From the IMG/VR virus record IMGVR_UViG_3300025096_002805: a DNA stretch of 20,000 nt. The stretch is one strand, 5' to 3'. This document shows, piece after piece, positions 10,701 to 17,825 of the stretch. The translations under genes and the position numbers were made by a program. The notes under the pieces are model-generated. The model had not been told where the DNA came from and did no database searches. It saw nothing but the letters and a program-made list of their open reading frames with translations. Origin of the DNA: an uncultured virus (IMG/VR IMGVR_UViG_3300025096_002805) (taxonomy: Duplodnaviria; Heunggongvirae; Uroviricota; Caudoviricetes). Every line of letters starts with the position of its first letter. Position 1 is the stretch's first letter.

Positions 10701-10719
10701 ATCCTGCAGTTGTAGCCAT
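4792..10719 (-). CDS. Tail tape measure protein (1975 aa) with a TP901/PhageMin_Tail-like N-terminal core
   Basis: N-terminal helical Ala/Leu-rich core (EVEKSLKDINVIL...AAATELARQGL...ARLSGMEAAEAVNALTAALN...GAVIGNSFKTIFTRI), Gly/Ala hydrophobic segments and C-terminal coiled coils. Lies after the tube and chaperone genes. Upstream GAGGAATAAGGT is RBS-like. Confidence 0.93.
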   Translation of the reverse strand: MATTAGSTRINIDLALNTRGFRPLGRINGQLGEFEKSLDASNARVLAFGASAGAILAVKKAFTTTVKAAIEVEKSLKDINVILQVSTGNLAKFGSQLFKIASETGQAFQVAAAAATELARQGLGVEETLKRTKDALILARLSGMEAAEAVNALTAALNTFTKVGLDSSTIINKLANVDAAFAVSSDDLAKALGRVGAAAVSAGVDLDQLLAIVTTAQQKTARGGAVIGNSFKTIFTRIQRPRIIKELENLGVQVRNLEGDTLPAIKVLENLAKQFDNLSSAQRAQISELVGGVFQVNILKAALSDLGREQSIYNRALNISVGSTDQAIRRNSELNQTLAAQFQKTLNTFKEAAAEIGQLTLAPAMQNIFGAVNKMFDSAAGEGDLAKAGQFIGKTVFEAIGKFIGGPGLLIIGAVLFKTFANLATFATDAFRTLTGLNKNFQTQLNLQKQIFGVLSENPDLMERIRQGTLSVEDAHQLILERIEQETNALDRQLLVSQQIASNLTGAGVAFSGDFGATSGGKRKFGGKGRGKSTGYVPNFADEEVLGMMMGGYSKSQLSNPKTKRSTIHNGRGGAFSAFTNGHESVVDFTNSGGKKATAVIPPKGSDAYKEFAKNLAGGFIPNFKAQGLKSFFGVKGVKDISLNSKNLTAIEQGVASGDLRADAVGIKSIDAAVARGKKARPAKVSKKSKRLNFDVKQKYGGLALFGETGSMGTIPVSTGEITRLNRWKKDGAIYPSSIAFSNFQQKSFLGSVKNRSNKNEFSGLIKKHMSGPMMNVTNDFAQAMGLNDDAPKVTSASIKATGNALFPEGAEGSIFETAINAMTKGAKSFEKGLGADSQALWDFEESSNVDQRFKKKFGYTGKLVKADAKRSLDSGAWNSIGNKIFSTVLRKDGSPKRMNDQLAVQLSEFTRGGKAGGFVPSFSALHNAIQRERSAGVPMNRIRVGTNRSLASGLNPMGVGVYNTRDEPSGLGQGIRRSLARGLNPKASGGVPNFAITGDPVKGNTEALMKLGMVFMGVQTALAGLRNALGDATKENFKMRGSLDAVEKGLMVMGSAIAAQHLLGDTKIGKGLAAKNAALQAGAGVGGGGWRDSRMTQMGAMKDKMVGGIKQGWQNRGSMMDSMKAKLDMKKRFSLAKERLGGMASGMKGSLFGRTHAPVSMTDAGGRTSTYTRRDAGFFRGGKETMKGPGGTRVAVTGGSSGLKGIRGGIAKAGLMGPAALLAAGTVAAKLLNDTFNSSAQELDAAKQSFKTISETTERNINSLNKFGQAAEKAAAVYHDNNASIGQVMAANRELAKQLKSLPSEVRSRISGSFDPTEVQAAIQEATDIEMRKKQGAQTRLDTAGTVRAIRKTDMISPTDVPGLFQGAKDAFGFNKEGLERQRGRDENQIKGVMQGAFSGVDDAKFNALDTSDMVAITDLFSQIDPDNMSTEEFDQAMKDVTQTLNKFDLDPVVIDAFTKGMEEGGYEAEIMSEGIRNEIQARRKSAQEEEALRPIREALIKEERKLQRAVQDSRRELELEQSIRKAVMKVQEQAAGAFLTSTGKIDQGVKVKLALGAEDRNKQFGGTLGAATTAFGKSRLTEGIKDQDKLATAQSLQADVRTVLDQAKGGGVGSLAEGATDDLIARLTKESEGAKGARKSGIDSMIKELENLNGTSVRLEKEAKDQTKKIKETAIAQKEAARQAIRLKSFGGTGSIGNPAALDPLINQIRGSEIAEGIATRTGSQAGKDSATVNRMRGLQQMFGGELPPELREQAQAAAKADKLRQIQGINETLRPGEKLTSERMEQLATEQAANLFKGDPEAQNTKALINLTKTLEAFQKEGIEGRVDIADQAMHAADRGREGREFFEKNTKNFTRNSTRENMHLLSMNAGYDMIQDANSEMNPYTEALGLGTYDPDGLIAAKRNAGERGVQDAKAKMEQHSNFVENNTYNINGIKMLDSESGKLIQKVVRDMGGDLSKQTWQKAVAKHNKP

Positions 10720-10745
10720 ACCTTATTCCTCACAGCTTTTAAGTT

Positions 10746-10759
10746 ATTACACTTTAAAA
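10746..10759 (-). promoter_or_regulatory. Candidate phage late promoter motif (TTTTAAAGTGTAAT) upstream of the TMP
   Basis: RTGTAAT core at 10746-10752, 27 bp before the ATG. The same motif occurs in all five long spacers. Confidence 0.6.
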
Positions 10760-10763
10760 GGGG

Positions 10764-11771
10764 CTATAATCCATGCATCTTTAATATTTGCTCTAAATTC
10801 ATTTCTCCTCCCTGTTTTTTTACTTCATCTTTCAAGTCTAGGACGGATTCACCCTCCTTTTTCATAGCTTCTAGTTCTTGTTTACTTGCTCCAAAAACAG
10901 TCTGACCGCTAGCTTCGCCCTTTTGCTCATGTCTGTTAGCCATTGCCGTTCTTTGCTGCATATCGTACCATTCTATCACTTTATCCGGGTGTCTGGAGTA
11001 GTCTTCAGGGGGAGGTTTATGGTTCGACATAGAGGCTTTGAAGTTTTTCCCATAGGACATTAAGGCTACCTGAACATTAGTTAAATGAAGTACCGGCTTG
11101 CCAAAGAAATGATATGCATTATCATTACATAAATAGTATACATTCATAAAAAATGGGCAGACGCTAACTCTCTTTATTTCGTCTCCAGCAAACCTCTTTC
11201 CCATCATATTTCCGTAAATCTCTAGGCCTTCGTTTACTGCTTCTTGGCTTAGATAGTCGTATTCTTCTTCGGTATAAAAATGAGTAGTTAAATCTTTATC
11301 CTTAAAGAAACATTGCCTAATGGTAGATTCACTAATTTTTTTATTAGCAAAAATCTCTGCTGTCATCCCTATGTGATCCATTCTTTCATAATTTAGCACA
11401 TAAAGCTCGTCCTCTAGGGGCTTAATTTCCTTATCTAAACTATTGAGTTGAGACTTTACTATTAGCTTATCTCTTGAATCTCTTAAGTGGGATAACCTAT
11501 CTTGAAGCTCCTCTATTCGATCTTCGTTTTTTTGAGTCCATAAATTTTCTTCTATCAAGAACTCTATAGACTGCTTTTCTGTTTTTAGGCCTTCTTCTGT
11601 AGCTAATCGAAGATGTTCTGCGTAGGCTCTCTCTGAGTGACCAACCTCAAGATCGGTGAGGTGTTTTATATATACTCTCTCGCCTCCAGATTTGAACCTA
11701 TCAGTAGTATACCCAAATATTATGTCTCTATATAGATCTTTGTATTTGGTAAATGGTTTTTCATCAATCAC
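10764..11771 (-). CDS. Putative tail assembly chaperone B (335 aa, GTG start)
   Basis: Lies directly upstream of the TMP; charged and helical with a coiled coil. Shares the K-x2-T-x10-Y-x10-GL-x-T...TAE-x2-A pattern with the neighbouring 335-aa ORF. Confidence 0.65.
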   Translation of the reverse strand: MIDEKPFTKYKDLYRDIIFGYTTDRFKSGGERVYIKHLTDLEVGHSERAYAEHLRLATEEGLKTEKQSIEFLIEENLWTQKNEDRIEELQDRLSHLRDSRDKLIVKSQLNSLDKEIKPLEDELYVLNYERMDHIGMTAEIFANKKISESTIRQCFFKDKDLTTHFYTEEEYDYLSQEAVNEGLEIYGNMMGKRFAGDEIKRVSVCPFFMNVYYLCNDNAYHFFGKPVLHLTNVQVALMSYGKNFKASMSNHKPPPEDYSRHPDKVIEWYDMQQRTAMANRHEQKGEASGQTVFGASKQELEAMKKEGESVLDLKDEVKKQGGEMNLEQILKMHGL

Positions 11772-12771
11772 TTTCTGCTAATTCTTTTGTAGCCAAAGAA
11801 TCAACGCTTTCCTCCTCATCTTTGCGTTCATTAGTCTCAAATGACAAAGGTTCAATGGGTACGTCTATACCAGCCAATGACTTAATCTTTTCTTGGTAAA
11901 CCTCTTCTAGGGTTTCGTCTTTTTTAACTTCTTCCCTAATAAAGTCTAAAGATTTTTCTACTCTTTCAAAATCTTCATAAGTTTTTACGTTGCCCCCATT
12001 CCAAGCAGCCAACAAATAGCCAGCTCTTTCTATGGTCTCGGCTTCAAAATGAATATATTTATCTTCCGCTTCTTCTATGCGTGCCTCAACTAGTTCATAC
12101 GCCTCGCTTTTCTTTTCAAAATTCTTACCAGCAAACAGGGGCATGTAATCATCTATTCCCCCTCTCTCTTCGTTTTTGAATTTAAGGTGAGTTAAGAACA
12201 ATAACCACCACATATTAGTCATTCTTGCTGCTCTGGACTCTGCTGTGTGCTCATATAAGTCTTCGGCTCGAACCTGATATTTTTCTAAATTAGCTTTTAG
12301 CTCTTCCATTTCCTCGACGATCACAGACAATCTTTTTTGTCTTTCTTCATCAGTTATATCCTTATCTTTTTGTAGGTTGAGTTGCACGACCTGAAACTCT
12401 TTTTCTTTAAGTATTAGTTCTCCGTAGTATTTATTAAAGTCCTCTTGCTCCTCTTTGCTTAGTCCTCCCCCGTCGTTTTTATATCTCTTGTTTATCATGG
12501 CGCGAGTCAAAAGCCCCGCTTTGACACCCTCAGAAACCCTGACTGAGTAAAAAAGATTGCATTCATCAAACATTTTTCTAGTTGGCCTTTTAAGGAAAAT
12601 ACCTACTTGTTCAGTTATATCCTCTTCTCTAGTAATAACAACTGGCTTCCCGTCCTTGTCGGTGCTTTTCTCTTCAACCTTTTTTGTGTACCTTCTTGGC
12701 ACATCAAACGAATACAACCACTTTTTTGTGTTTAATTCATCTTTTTTTGTGTTTAATTTTTCTTCACTCAT
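11764..12771 (-). CDS. Putative tail assembly chaperone A (335 aa)
   Basis: Lies between the tube and TMP genes; E/K-rich coiled coil; paralogous motifs with the downstream ORF; 8-bp overlaps on both sides. Confidence 0.65.
   Translation of the reverse strand: MSEEKLNTKKDELNTKKWLYSFDVPRRYTKKVEEKSTDKDGKPVVITREEDITEQVGIFLKRPTRKMFDECNLFYSVRVSEGVKAGLLTRAMINKRYKNDGGGLSKEEQEDFNKYYGELILKEKEFQVVQLNLQKDKDITDEERQKRLSVIVEEMEELKANLEKYQVRAEDLYEHTAESRAARMTNMWWLLFLTHLKFKNEERGGIDDYMPLFAGKNFEKKSEAYELVEARIEEAEDKYIHFEAETIERAGYLLAAWNGGNVKTYEDFERVEKSLDFIREEVKKDETLEEVYQEKIKSLAGIDVPIEPLSFETNERKDEEESVDSLATKELAESD
12721..12758. repeat. Short tandem duplication with a 21-bp period at the 5' end of chaperone A (KLNTKK-D-ELNTKK)
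   Basis: TTTTTTGTGTTTAATT occurs twice, 21 bp apart (12722-12737 and 12743-12758). Confidence 0.85.
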
Positions 12772-13063
12772 CTTTTAATTTTATTTCAACAAACTCTAAA
12801 GTTTTCTCTATCTCTCTTACGCAATCATTGCCTGAATCTAAAATTCTTTTTCTAATATGGTCATATTTTTCATCTGTAAAACAATCCAAATCGTCAATAC
12901 TCACATCATCTAAGGGGTTACTTTTAAGCTTGGAAACGAAGGCTTTGTGGTCTCTGAGAAGATCCTCTGTAATCTCGAAATATTTCTTATAAAGATTTAC
13001 AATATTCCTATGGACCTGAAAGGATATAATGTCCTTGATACTTGCGCCTTTTTCCAACTTCAT
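12764..13063 (-). CDS. Small helical hypothetical protein (99 aa) in the tail chaperone cluster
   Basis: ORF with a GAGGT RBS-like sequence, preceded by the promoter-like motif; overlaps the next gene by 8 bp. Confidence 0.75.
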   Translation of the reverse strand: MKLEKGASIKDIISFQVHRNIVNLYKKYFEITEDLLRDHKAFVSKLKSNPLDDVSIDDLDCFTDEKYDHIRKRILDSGNDCVREIEKTLEFVEIKLKDE

Positions 13064-13084
13064 AACCTCTGAAAGTTATATTAA

Positions 13085-13099
13085 ATTACACTATAAAAA
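13085..13099 (-). promoter_or_regulatory. Candidate phage late promoter motif (TTTTTATAGTGTAAT)
   Basis: GTGTAAT at 13085-13091, 22 bp before the ATG at 13063. Its T-tract is shared with the terminator tail. Confidence 0.6.
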
Positions 13100-13130
13100 C
13101 AAAAAGAATCCCCACTTTTACGCGGGGACC
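13095..13130 (-). terminator. Rho-independent terminator after the major tail protein gene
   Basis: Minus strand reads GGTCCCCGC-GTAAAA-GTGGGGATT (9-bp stem with G-U pairs) followed by CTTTTTGTTTTT, about 40 bp after the stop codon. Confidence 0.8.
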
Positions 13131-13171
13131 TTTTCGTTAATAAAAAGAAAAAGAATATAAGTTATAAATTA

Positions 13172-14272
13172 TTAACCAATTTCCTCTAGGAATAGCCCCG
13201 CAGCAGCGGTAGCCGCAGCCGTAGCGCCGCCATCAATGATCACAGAGAAATCTAGGGTAACAGACTTATTAGCGCCAATACTAGAGCTAAATGAGTGGCC
13301 TTCCACCTTGGCGTCCTTCAAGTAAAGTCTCAGACCTTTAGTGCCGTCCGTACCTTCTCTACCAAGATTAACCTTAATATCAAAACCGGGATCCTTAGAG
13401 GCGTCGTCCTGAGTTCCCACAATATCTGTTAGGTTATCTGCCGCCTGTCTAGATATAACAGCTTCAAGAGATAACGTTCCAGTTAGAGGGAACGTAATCA
13501 ATCGAGCAAATTCGAATTTATCACCTAATCTTTGGATAGACTCACGAGGCATATCCATACTGCAAGTGAAACTTTGTACGTGAAGAACATCAATACCCAA
13601 CGCTGGGACAACGTTTGACCCAGTGGCTACTAGGTTAGTTTTTCCTGTGGGGTTATTAGCTTCAAAAGTAATATTACCGGGCCTACAAACTTTAGGGTTA
13701 GTGTTACCCGACTCATCTGTACCTGTAGGCGTTCCTAAAGCTGCCGCCATCTTCATTTCCGTTGACTCCACGTTCACTGTCGCAGTCGGAATATCTCCAA
13801 CAGATCCAGTCCAAGAAGCAGATGTCATAAATCCATCTGGAATATGTATCGCTATGTTGCTTCCGCTGCCGGTACCAATATAATCGGTTCCCTCATTGGA
13901 TAGGGCCATTTGGTAATATTGCTTCTCGACTGCTCCGGTAGTATTAATACCATTCATGATACCCTTAAGTCCGGTACCTGAATTGTCCCCGAAAAGCTGT
14001 TTTTCGTTAGCCACTCCAGCTATAGCGTAGCTGAAATCTAAAGATACAGTAGGTACCTCTGTGATAATTCTTTCTAGCTGACCTAATTGACCATACTGGT
14101 TAACGTCAGTTCTGGGAACTGTAAACGAATAGTTTGCACTTTGAATTCTTTGTAGATATGCCGGAGCAGAACTGGACCCTGCAAAAAGAGCCTCACTCTG
14201 GTATATGATACGTTTTCTGAGCGAGTCATTCGCTGTCTCGTACGTTGCCGCGCCTTGGATTGTAGTTGCCAT
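13172..14272 (-). CDS. Major tail tube protein (366 aa) with two tandem tube-like domains
   Basis: Beta-rich, G/T/S-rich protein in the canonical position, with a strong AGGAG RBS (14283-14287), its own promoter-like motif and a terminator. Internal repeat RIQSANYSFTVPRTDVNQYG / HVQSFTCSMDMPRESIQRLG. C-terminal LKDAKVEGHSFSSSIGANKSVTLDFSV is typical of tube proteins. Confidence 0.8.
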   Translation of the reverse strand: MATTIQGAATYETANDSLRKRIIYQSEALFAGSSSAPAYLQRIQSANYSFTVPRTDVNQYGQLGQLERIITEVPTVSLDFSYAIAGVANEKQLFGDNSGTGLKGIMNGINTTGAVEKQYYQMALSNEGTDYIGTGSGSNIAIHIPDGFMTSASWTGSVGDIPTATVNVESTEMKMAAALGTPTGTDESGNTNPKVCRPGNITFEANNPTGKTNLVATGSNVVPALGIDVLHVQSFTCSMDMPRESIQRLGDKFEFARLITFPLTGTLSLEAVISRQAADNLTDIVGTQDDASKDPGFDIKVNLGREGTDGTKGLRLYLKDAKVEGHSFSSSIGANKSVTLDFSVIIDGGATAAATAAAGLFLEEIG

Positions 14273-14282
14273 GTCTTAAATT

Positions 14283-14312
14283 CTCCTTCTTTAGTTTAAA
14301 TTACATTATTTA
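14283..14312 (-). promoter_or_regulatory. Candidate late promoter (ATGTAAT, 14300-14306) and Shine-Dalgarno AGGAG (14283-14287) of the tube gene
   Basis: Minus strand reads ...TAAATAATGTAATTTAAACTAAAGAAGGAGAATTTAAGAC-ATG. Confidence 0.6.
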
Positions 14313-14332
14313 TTCATCTCAGAGAAATACTA

Positions 14333-15211
14333 TTACAGTCTGGGCATACGATAATTGTGTATTTCAAAGTCCACAAACGCTGAAAATACGTTTGGATTGA
14401 GATTTTGAAAATCGCCCCTATTTGCTACATTTTTCGAGACTCTTACCTCGTTTATATAGCAATAGTCAATACCCGTTGCCACTCCTGTATAATCATATGT
14501 TACACCTGTATAAGCTCCAAGAGCGTTTAAATTTAAATCTGATTGGTTAATTACGCTTAAATTCTTCCTTGTCGAGTCCTTTAAAATGCCACAAACTGCA
14601 TCCAAATTAAACAAAGAGTCAGCTAAAACTATAGCTCTAGCGTTAAGTACGGTGTTATCAACTCCACCAAAAGCAAACTCTTCGTTCACGCCTCCGTTAT
14701 CTTTTATGAATATAGCTGGATATGTTTGGGCGTTAGACTCTACTCCGGTTGTCGATTTTATATCGCTAGTTTTGGGATTCAGAACTAGTTTAGTCTCAAA
14801 AAGCAACTGCTCCTCAGGCATGCTGGTTAGAAGAACATTAAAGTCTTTAATCGCATACCTACCACTAATAGTCTTCGAACTCATTGGGTCAGTTCCGGCG
14901 TCTCCTCCGGTAAAATATACCTGACCCTGCATACTATTAATTGAATGTAGCCCACTAGTTCCGGGTCCGATTGGCCCATCTCCATCGACATAAACGCCAG
15001 TAAGCAAATTAGGAGTACTAGACCCAGTAACTCCTGCATCTGAGACTAGCTGCTTAAAAGGAGAAGCGTAAACGAAATAATCAGAAAAAAGACTATCTAT
15101 TTTAAAAAAATTACTTGCGTGATTAGTATAAGCGTCCCCCTTCTGCGTCACTTCATGGTCAACAAAAAGCAGTAGACTGCTCATTACTTTATTTTCGTAT
15201 TGAACCTTCAC
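14333..15211 (-). CDS. Putative tail completion/terminator protein (292 aa, GTG start)
   Basis: Immediately upstream of the tube gene. YPAIFI and the C-terminal FSAFVDFEI strands resemble tail terminator proteins. GTGA overlap with the previous gene. Confidence 0.55.
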   Translation of the reverse strand: MKVQYENKVMSSLLLFVDHEVTQKGDAYTNHASNFFKIDSLFSDYFVYASPFKQLVSDAGVTGSSTPNLLTGVYVDGDGPIGPGTSGLHSINSMQGQVYFTGGDAGTDPMSSKTISGRYAIKDFNVLLTSMPEEQLLFETKLVLNPKTSDIKSTTGVESNAQTYPAIFIKDNGGVNEEFAFGGVDNTVLNARAIVLADSLFNLDAVCGILKDSTRKNLSVINQSDLNLNALGAYTGVTYDYTGVATGIDYCYINEVRVSKNVANRGDFQNLNPNVFSAFVDFEIHNYRMPRL

Positions 15212-15834
15212 GAGCCTAGTCTCCTTCTGTAGTCATTAAGAATTTCAGTTATATATTTAGTAGGTTTAAACATACCAGCATTCAAAGTTTTTTGTGTCTG
15301 TAGGCCTTTTCCTGATCTTGATCTTTCCGCAAGCTTACCCTCGCCGCGAGTTAAATACATATAATTACTGAACCCGGAAATACCGTTCTCTACACCCTTG
15401 ACCCAGCTGCTCCCTTCTTCCCATGGCATTTTAGCAACTGAGTCAAAAGACGAAATAGAAGGGAAGGTTAAAGAATATCTATAAGCTTTTGTGCCCCTAT
15501 GTCCTCTTAATTTTCTCTGTCTTCCCACTATATTTAAATAATTTTTTAAAACTTCTCTTACTAAGGCAGTTGGATTATCAGACGAATAAAAACCTATAAA
15601 AGAAAATAAATTTCCTACGTTACCAAGAGTTCCAGATATATTGCCTCCATCGGGTCCTTGCTTCAGCTCTCTTGTCACAGGATGTCTGTCAAAGTCAGCA
15701 AGCGCAGCGCCCTTTAGTCCCCCTACTCTTCTTCGGAAAGTCTTATCAACCACAGCAGCAACTTCAGGAGAATTCCTAACGGTCTTTTCTAGGAAGCCCC
15801 TTTTTAAAAAAGTTTTTAATGATACAGTTGGCAT
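15208..15834 (-). CDS. Putative neck/tail-completion protein (208 aa, basic; HK97 gp10-like position)
   Basis: K/R-rich ORF between the head-closure-like and terminator-like genes; TAATG coupling. Function assigned by synteny only. Confidence 0.5.
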   Translation of the reverse strand: MPTVSLKTFLKRGFLEKTVRNSPEVAAVVDKTFRRRVGGLKGAALADFDRHPVTRELKQGPDGGNISGTLGNVGNLFSFIGFYSSDNPTALVREVLKNYLNIVGRQRKLRGHRGTKAYRYSLTFPSISSFDSVAKMPWEEGSSWVKGVENGISGFSNYMYLTRGEGKLAERSRSGKGLQTQKTLNAGMFKPTKYITEILNDYRRRLGS

Positions 15835-16274
15835 TACTTTGTTGACTCTAATCTAAAAACATAAAACTCAGCATCTAAAAAGCTTTTATTTGCGTCCTCT
15901 GAAGCTACTTTAAATGATTTATTATCAAATGTTATTTTTTCCGTTTTGCCGTTTTTAATATAATCTTTTGCGTTTTTTTGTACTTTTATGTAGACTGATC
16001 CGTCTTCAATGTACTGAGGGATATCGCCAAGTCTTTCAACTGATTGATCAATATTATAACGAATGGTTGCGCTGTAGACACCGGACTGGGGGACAAAAGT
16101 ATAGTTAATCGAACTAGCTGGGTCTCCGTAACCAAAAAGTGAAGAGGTGCTTATAGAATCTATTACACGCTTGGGCTCTTTGTGTATTACAATAGTCCTC
16201 TTAAAGGTATCAAAAATGTCTCCAAAAATACCAGTTAATTTTGTTTTTTCGGTATCTGATATTAAGCTGGCCAT
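15834..16274 (-). CDS. Putative head-closure/head-tail joining protein (146 aa)
   Basis: Size, position and beta-rich pattern (FKRTIVIHK...ITFDNKSFKV...FYVFRLE) are consistent with SPP1 gp16-like stoppers. Synteny-based. Confidence 0.55.
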   Translation of the reverse strand: MASLISDTEKTKLTGIFGDIFDTFKRTIVIHKEPKRVIDSISTSSLFGYGDPASSINYTFVPQSGVYSATIRYNIDQSVERLGDIPQYIEDGSVYIKVQKNAKDYIKNGKTEKITFDNKSFKVASEDANKSFLDAEFYVFRLESTK

Positions 16275-16283
16275 TACATAACC

Positions 16284-16817
16284 TTATACACTGTAGATTT
16301 CTGACCTAACGGAAAGGCTACTTCCCCCATAGACTCCTTTAACCGTGTCGTCGCCGACAACCTGTCTAGGCTGGACTTGGTTGGCTTTATAGTCTCTGAT
16401 CAGCTCTTTTAGTTCTTGGTGTTCTTGCCTTTTTAGCGAACTTAAAGATTTTATCATTTCGTTTTTATTAATTTTGGTTACAGAGGATCCTTGGTCGGTA
16501 ACCTTAACAATAGTATCTGAAGTAGCGCTACTTATATTAGTTCTAATAGTTCTATCGTAGTAGTGTATTAGGAATAGCTTCTTAAGGACCGCTGCCTCGT
16601 CTATATTTATTTCAGACTCGACAAGAACATTGTCGTTTTTTTCGTCTGTTTTCTGTACTATTTCAAAAGTAGAGGAGTCTATTTTGAAAAAAGTGTTTAT
16701 ATGACTGTTAAGCCTGCCAATATTAGCTCGAACCCAATAAGATATAGAAGCTATTGAATAATTTGAGTCTTCGCTTATTTCTCTGAAAAGTTCGTCTGCT
16801 ATGTCTACAACCTTCAT
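16284..16817 (-). CDS. Putative head-tail adaptor protein (177 aa)
   Basis: Helical N-terminus and a beta-hairpin (IVKVTDQGSSVTKIN) followed by a helix; first gene of the neck cluster. Synteny-based. Confidence 0.5.
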   Translation of the reverse strand: MKVVDIADELFREISEDSNYSIASISYWVRANIGRLNSHINTFFKIDSSTFEIVQKTDEKNDNVLVESEINIDEAAVLKKLFLIHYYDRTIRTNISSATSDTIVKVTDQGSSVTKINKNEMIKSLSSLKRQEHQELKELIRDYKANQVQPRQVVGDDTVKGVYGGSSLSVRSEIYSV

Positions 16818-16827
16818 CGTAAAATGA

Positions 16828-16840
16828 ATTACACTAAAAA
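16828..16840 (-). promoter_or_regulatory. Candidate phage late promoter motif (TTTTTAGTGTAAT)
   Basis: GTGTAAT at 16828-16834, only 11 bp before the ATG at 16817, with no SD. This suggests a leaderless or very short-leader transcript. Confidence 0.6.
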
Positions 16841-16862
16841 CAAAGAAAGTTGGATAGAAACC

Positions 16863-17825
16863 TTAGTGATTAGGGCAAGATTGTCCTAATGCATTTTCAT
16901 CCTGTTTTTCCGGAAGAGGCTGATATTCACCCGGTTTTCCAGTATTTTTAATAGATTCCATAATTTTAGAAATATCAAATATCTCCTTTCCTTCTGGAAA
17001 TGGACACATATGAGCCTGCCCAACAATATCATCTTCAGTTAAATAATAATCTGCCATATGAGTCTTTTTAGGCTCATACGATGAAACTATATTATCATGA
17101 AAATCGTAGCCCAACTGGACAGATTTATCTACTGGCCACAGAACGGTACTCTTCTTCCCAAAAGCCATTGCTCCGTGCTGAGCAAAGCTATCTATAAGTA
17201 CTCTAGTATGAGAATAATGTATAGCAGACATTATTTGCCTGATATTTGGGCTATTAATCCAGTCTACTCCTTCTATGTTAGGTTGGTTCTCGTGCCTAAT
17301 ATGAAATATTTTGTATTCTTTTTCCAACTCTCTACACAATGAGGACGCCAGTCCAAGAGGTATGTCTCTTACCCAAGAATAACCCTGATCATTTCCCCCG
17401 TTAGTTTGAAGCAGTAAAATGGGTTTTCCGTGACCAATCAACCCACCAATCGCTTCTGTTCTTTCTTGTTCTGTTAAGAATATCTTAGGTTGTTCTCCAT
17501 TATACTTTATGTCGTTCTGTAGACACCAAGCTTCTATGCAGTGAACTTTTTTATTTATATAGTCTTGATGTAAATATGGATCAGTCTTTATTACTAACGT
17601 GTCTTTGCCCTTAACGAAGTCCTCATAAAAATAAGGAGTTTGCCCCATTATATAAATCCTGTAAACGTTGGGATTGTTCATCCATAAGCCTGAATGAGGG
17701 CTAACTACTATAATTTCCCTATCGGGGTGTTGTTTTTTTATAGCCTCAACAACGGCAGTGGCCATTATATTCTTACCTATGCCACCCTCGATATGAAAAA
17801 CTAAATATTTTTTGCCACCAGTCAT
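16863..17825 (-). CDS. GT-B fold glycosyltransferase, GT9 (WaaF/WaaC heptosyltransferase)-like (320 aa)
   Basis: N-terminal GGIGKNIMATAVVEAIKKQHPDREIIVV...NNPNV and C-terminal IDSFAQHGAMAFGKKSTVLW match the GT9 patterns 'iGD.i...p.l.alk..yPda.i.v' and 'nDSG.mHlAaAlg.ptv.lf'. Confidence 0.8.
   Translation of the reverse strand: MTGGKKYLVFHIEGGIGKNIMATAVVEAIKKQHPDREIIVVSPHSGLWMNNPNVYRIYIMGQTPYFYEDFVKGKDTLVIKTDPYLHQDYINKKVHCIEAWCLQNDIKYNGEQPKIFLTEQERTEAIGGLIGHGKPILLLQTNGGNDQGYSWVRDIPLGLASSLCRELEKEYKIFHIRHENQPNIEGVDWINSPNIRQIMSAIHYSHTRVLIDSFAQHGAMAFGKKSTVLWPVDKSVQLGYDFHDNIVSSYEPKKTHMADYYLTEDDIVGQAHMCPFPEGKEIFDISKIMESIKNTGKPGEYQPLPEKQDENALGQSCPNH

Noticed and set aside
11755..11790. Programmed -1 frameshift between the chaperone genes
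   Set aside because: The downstream gene is in the +1 frame, a TAG lies three codons before its GTG, and no slippery heptamer is present at the junction.
12715..12750. A_AAA_AAG slippery heptamer near the start of chaperone A
   Set aside because: A -1 shift meets TGA within about six codons, and I see no stimulatory hairpin. It is explained by Lys-Lys codons in the short duplication.
10764..12771. Gene ends exactly 1000 bp apart (10764, 11764, 12764) and identical 335-aa lengths
   Set aside because: There is no DNA-level repeat and the shared protein motifs sit at different offsets, so the round number looks coincidental.
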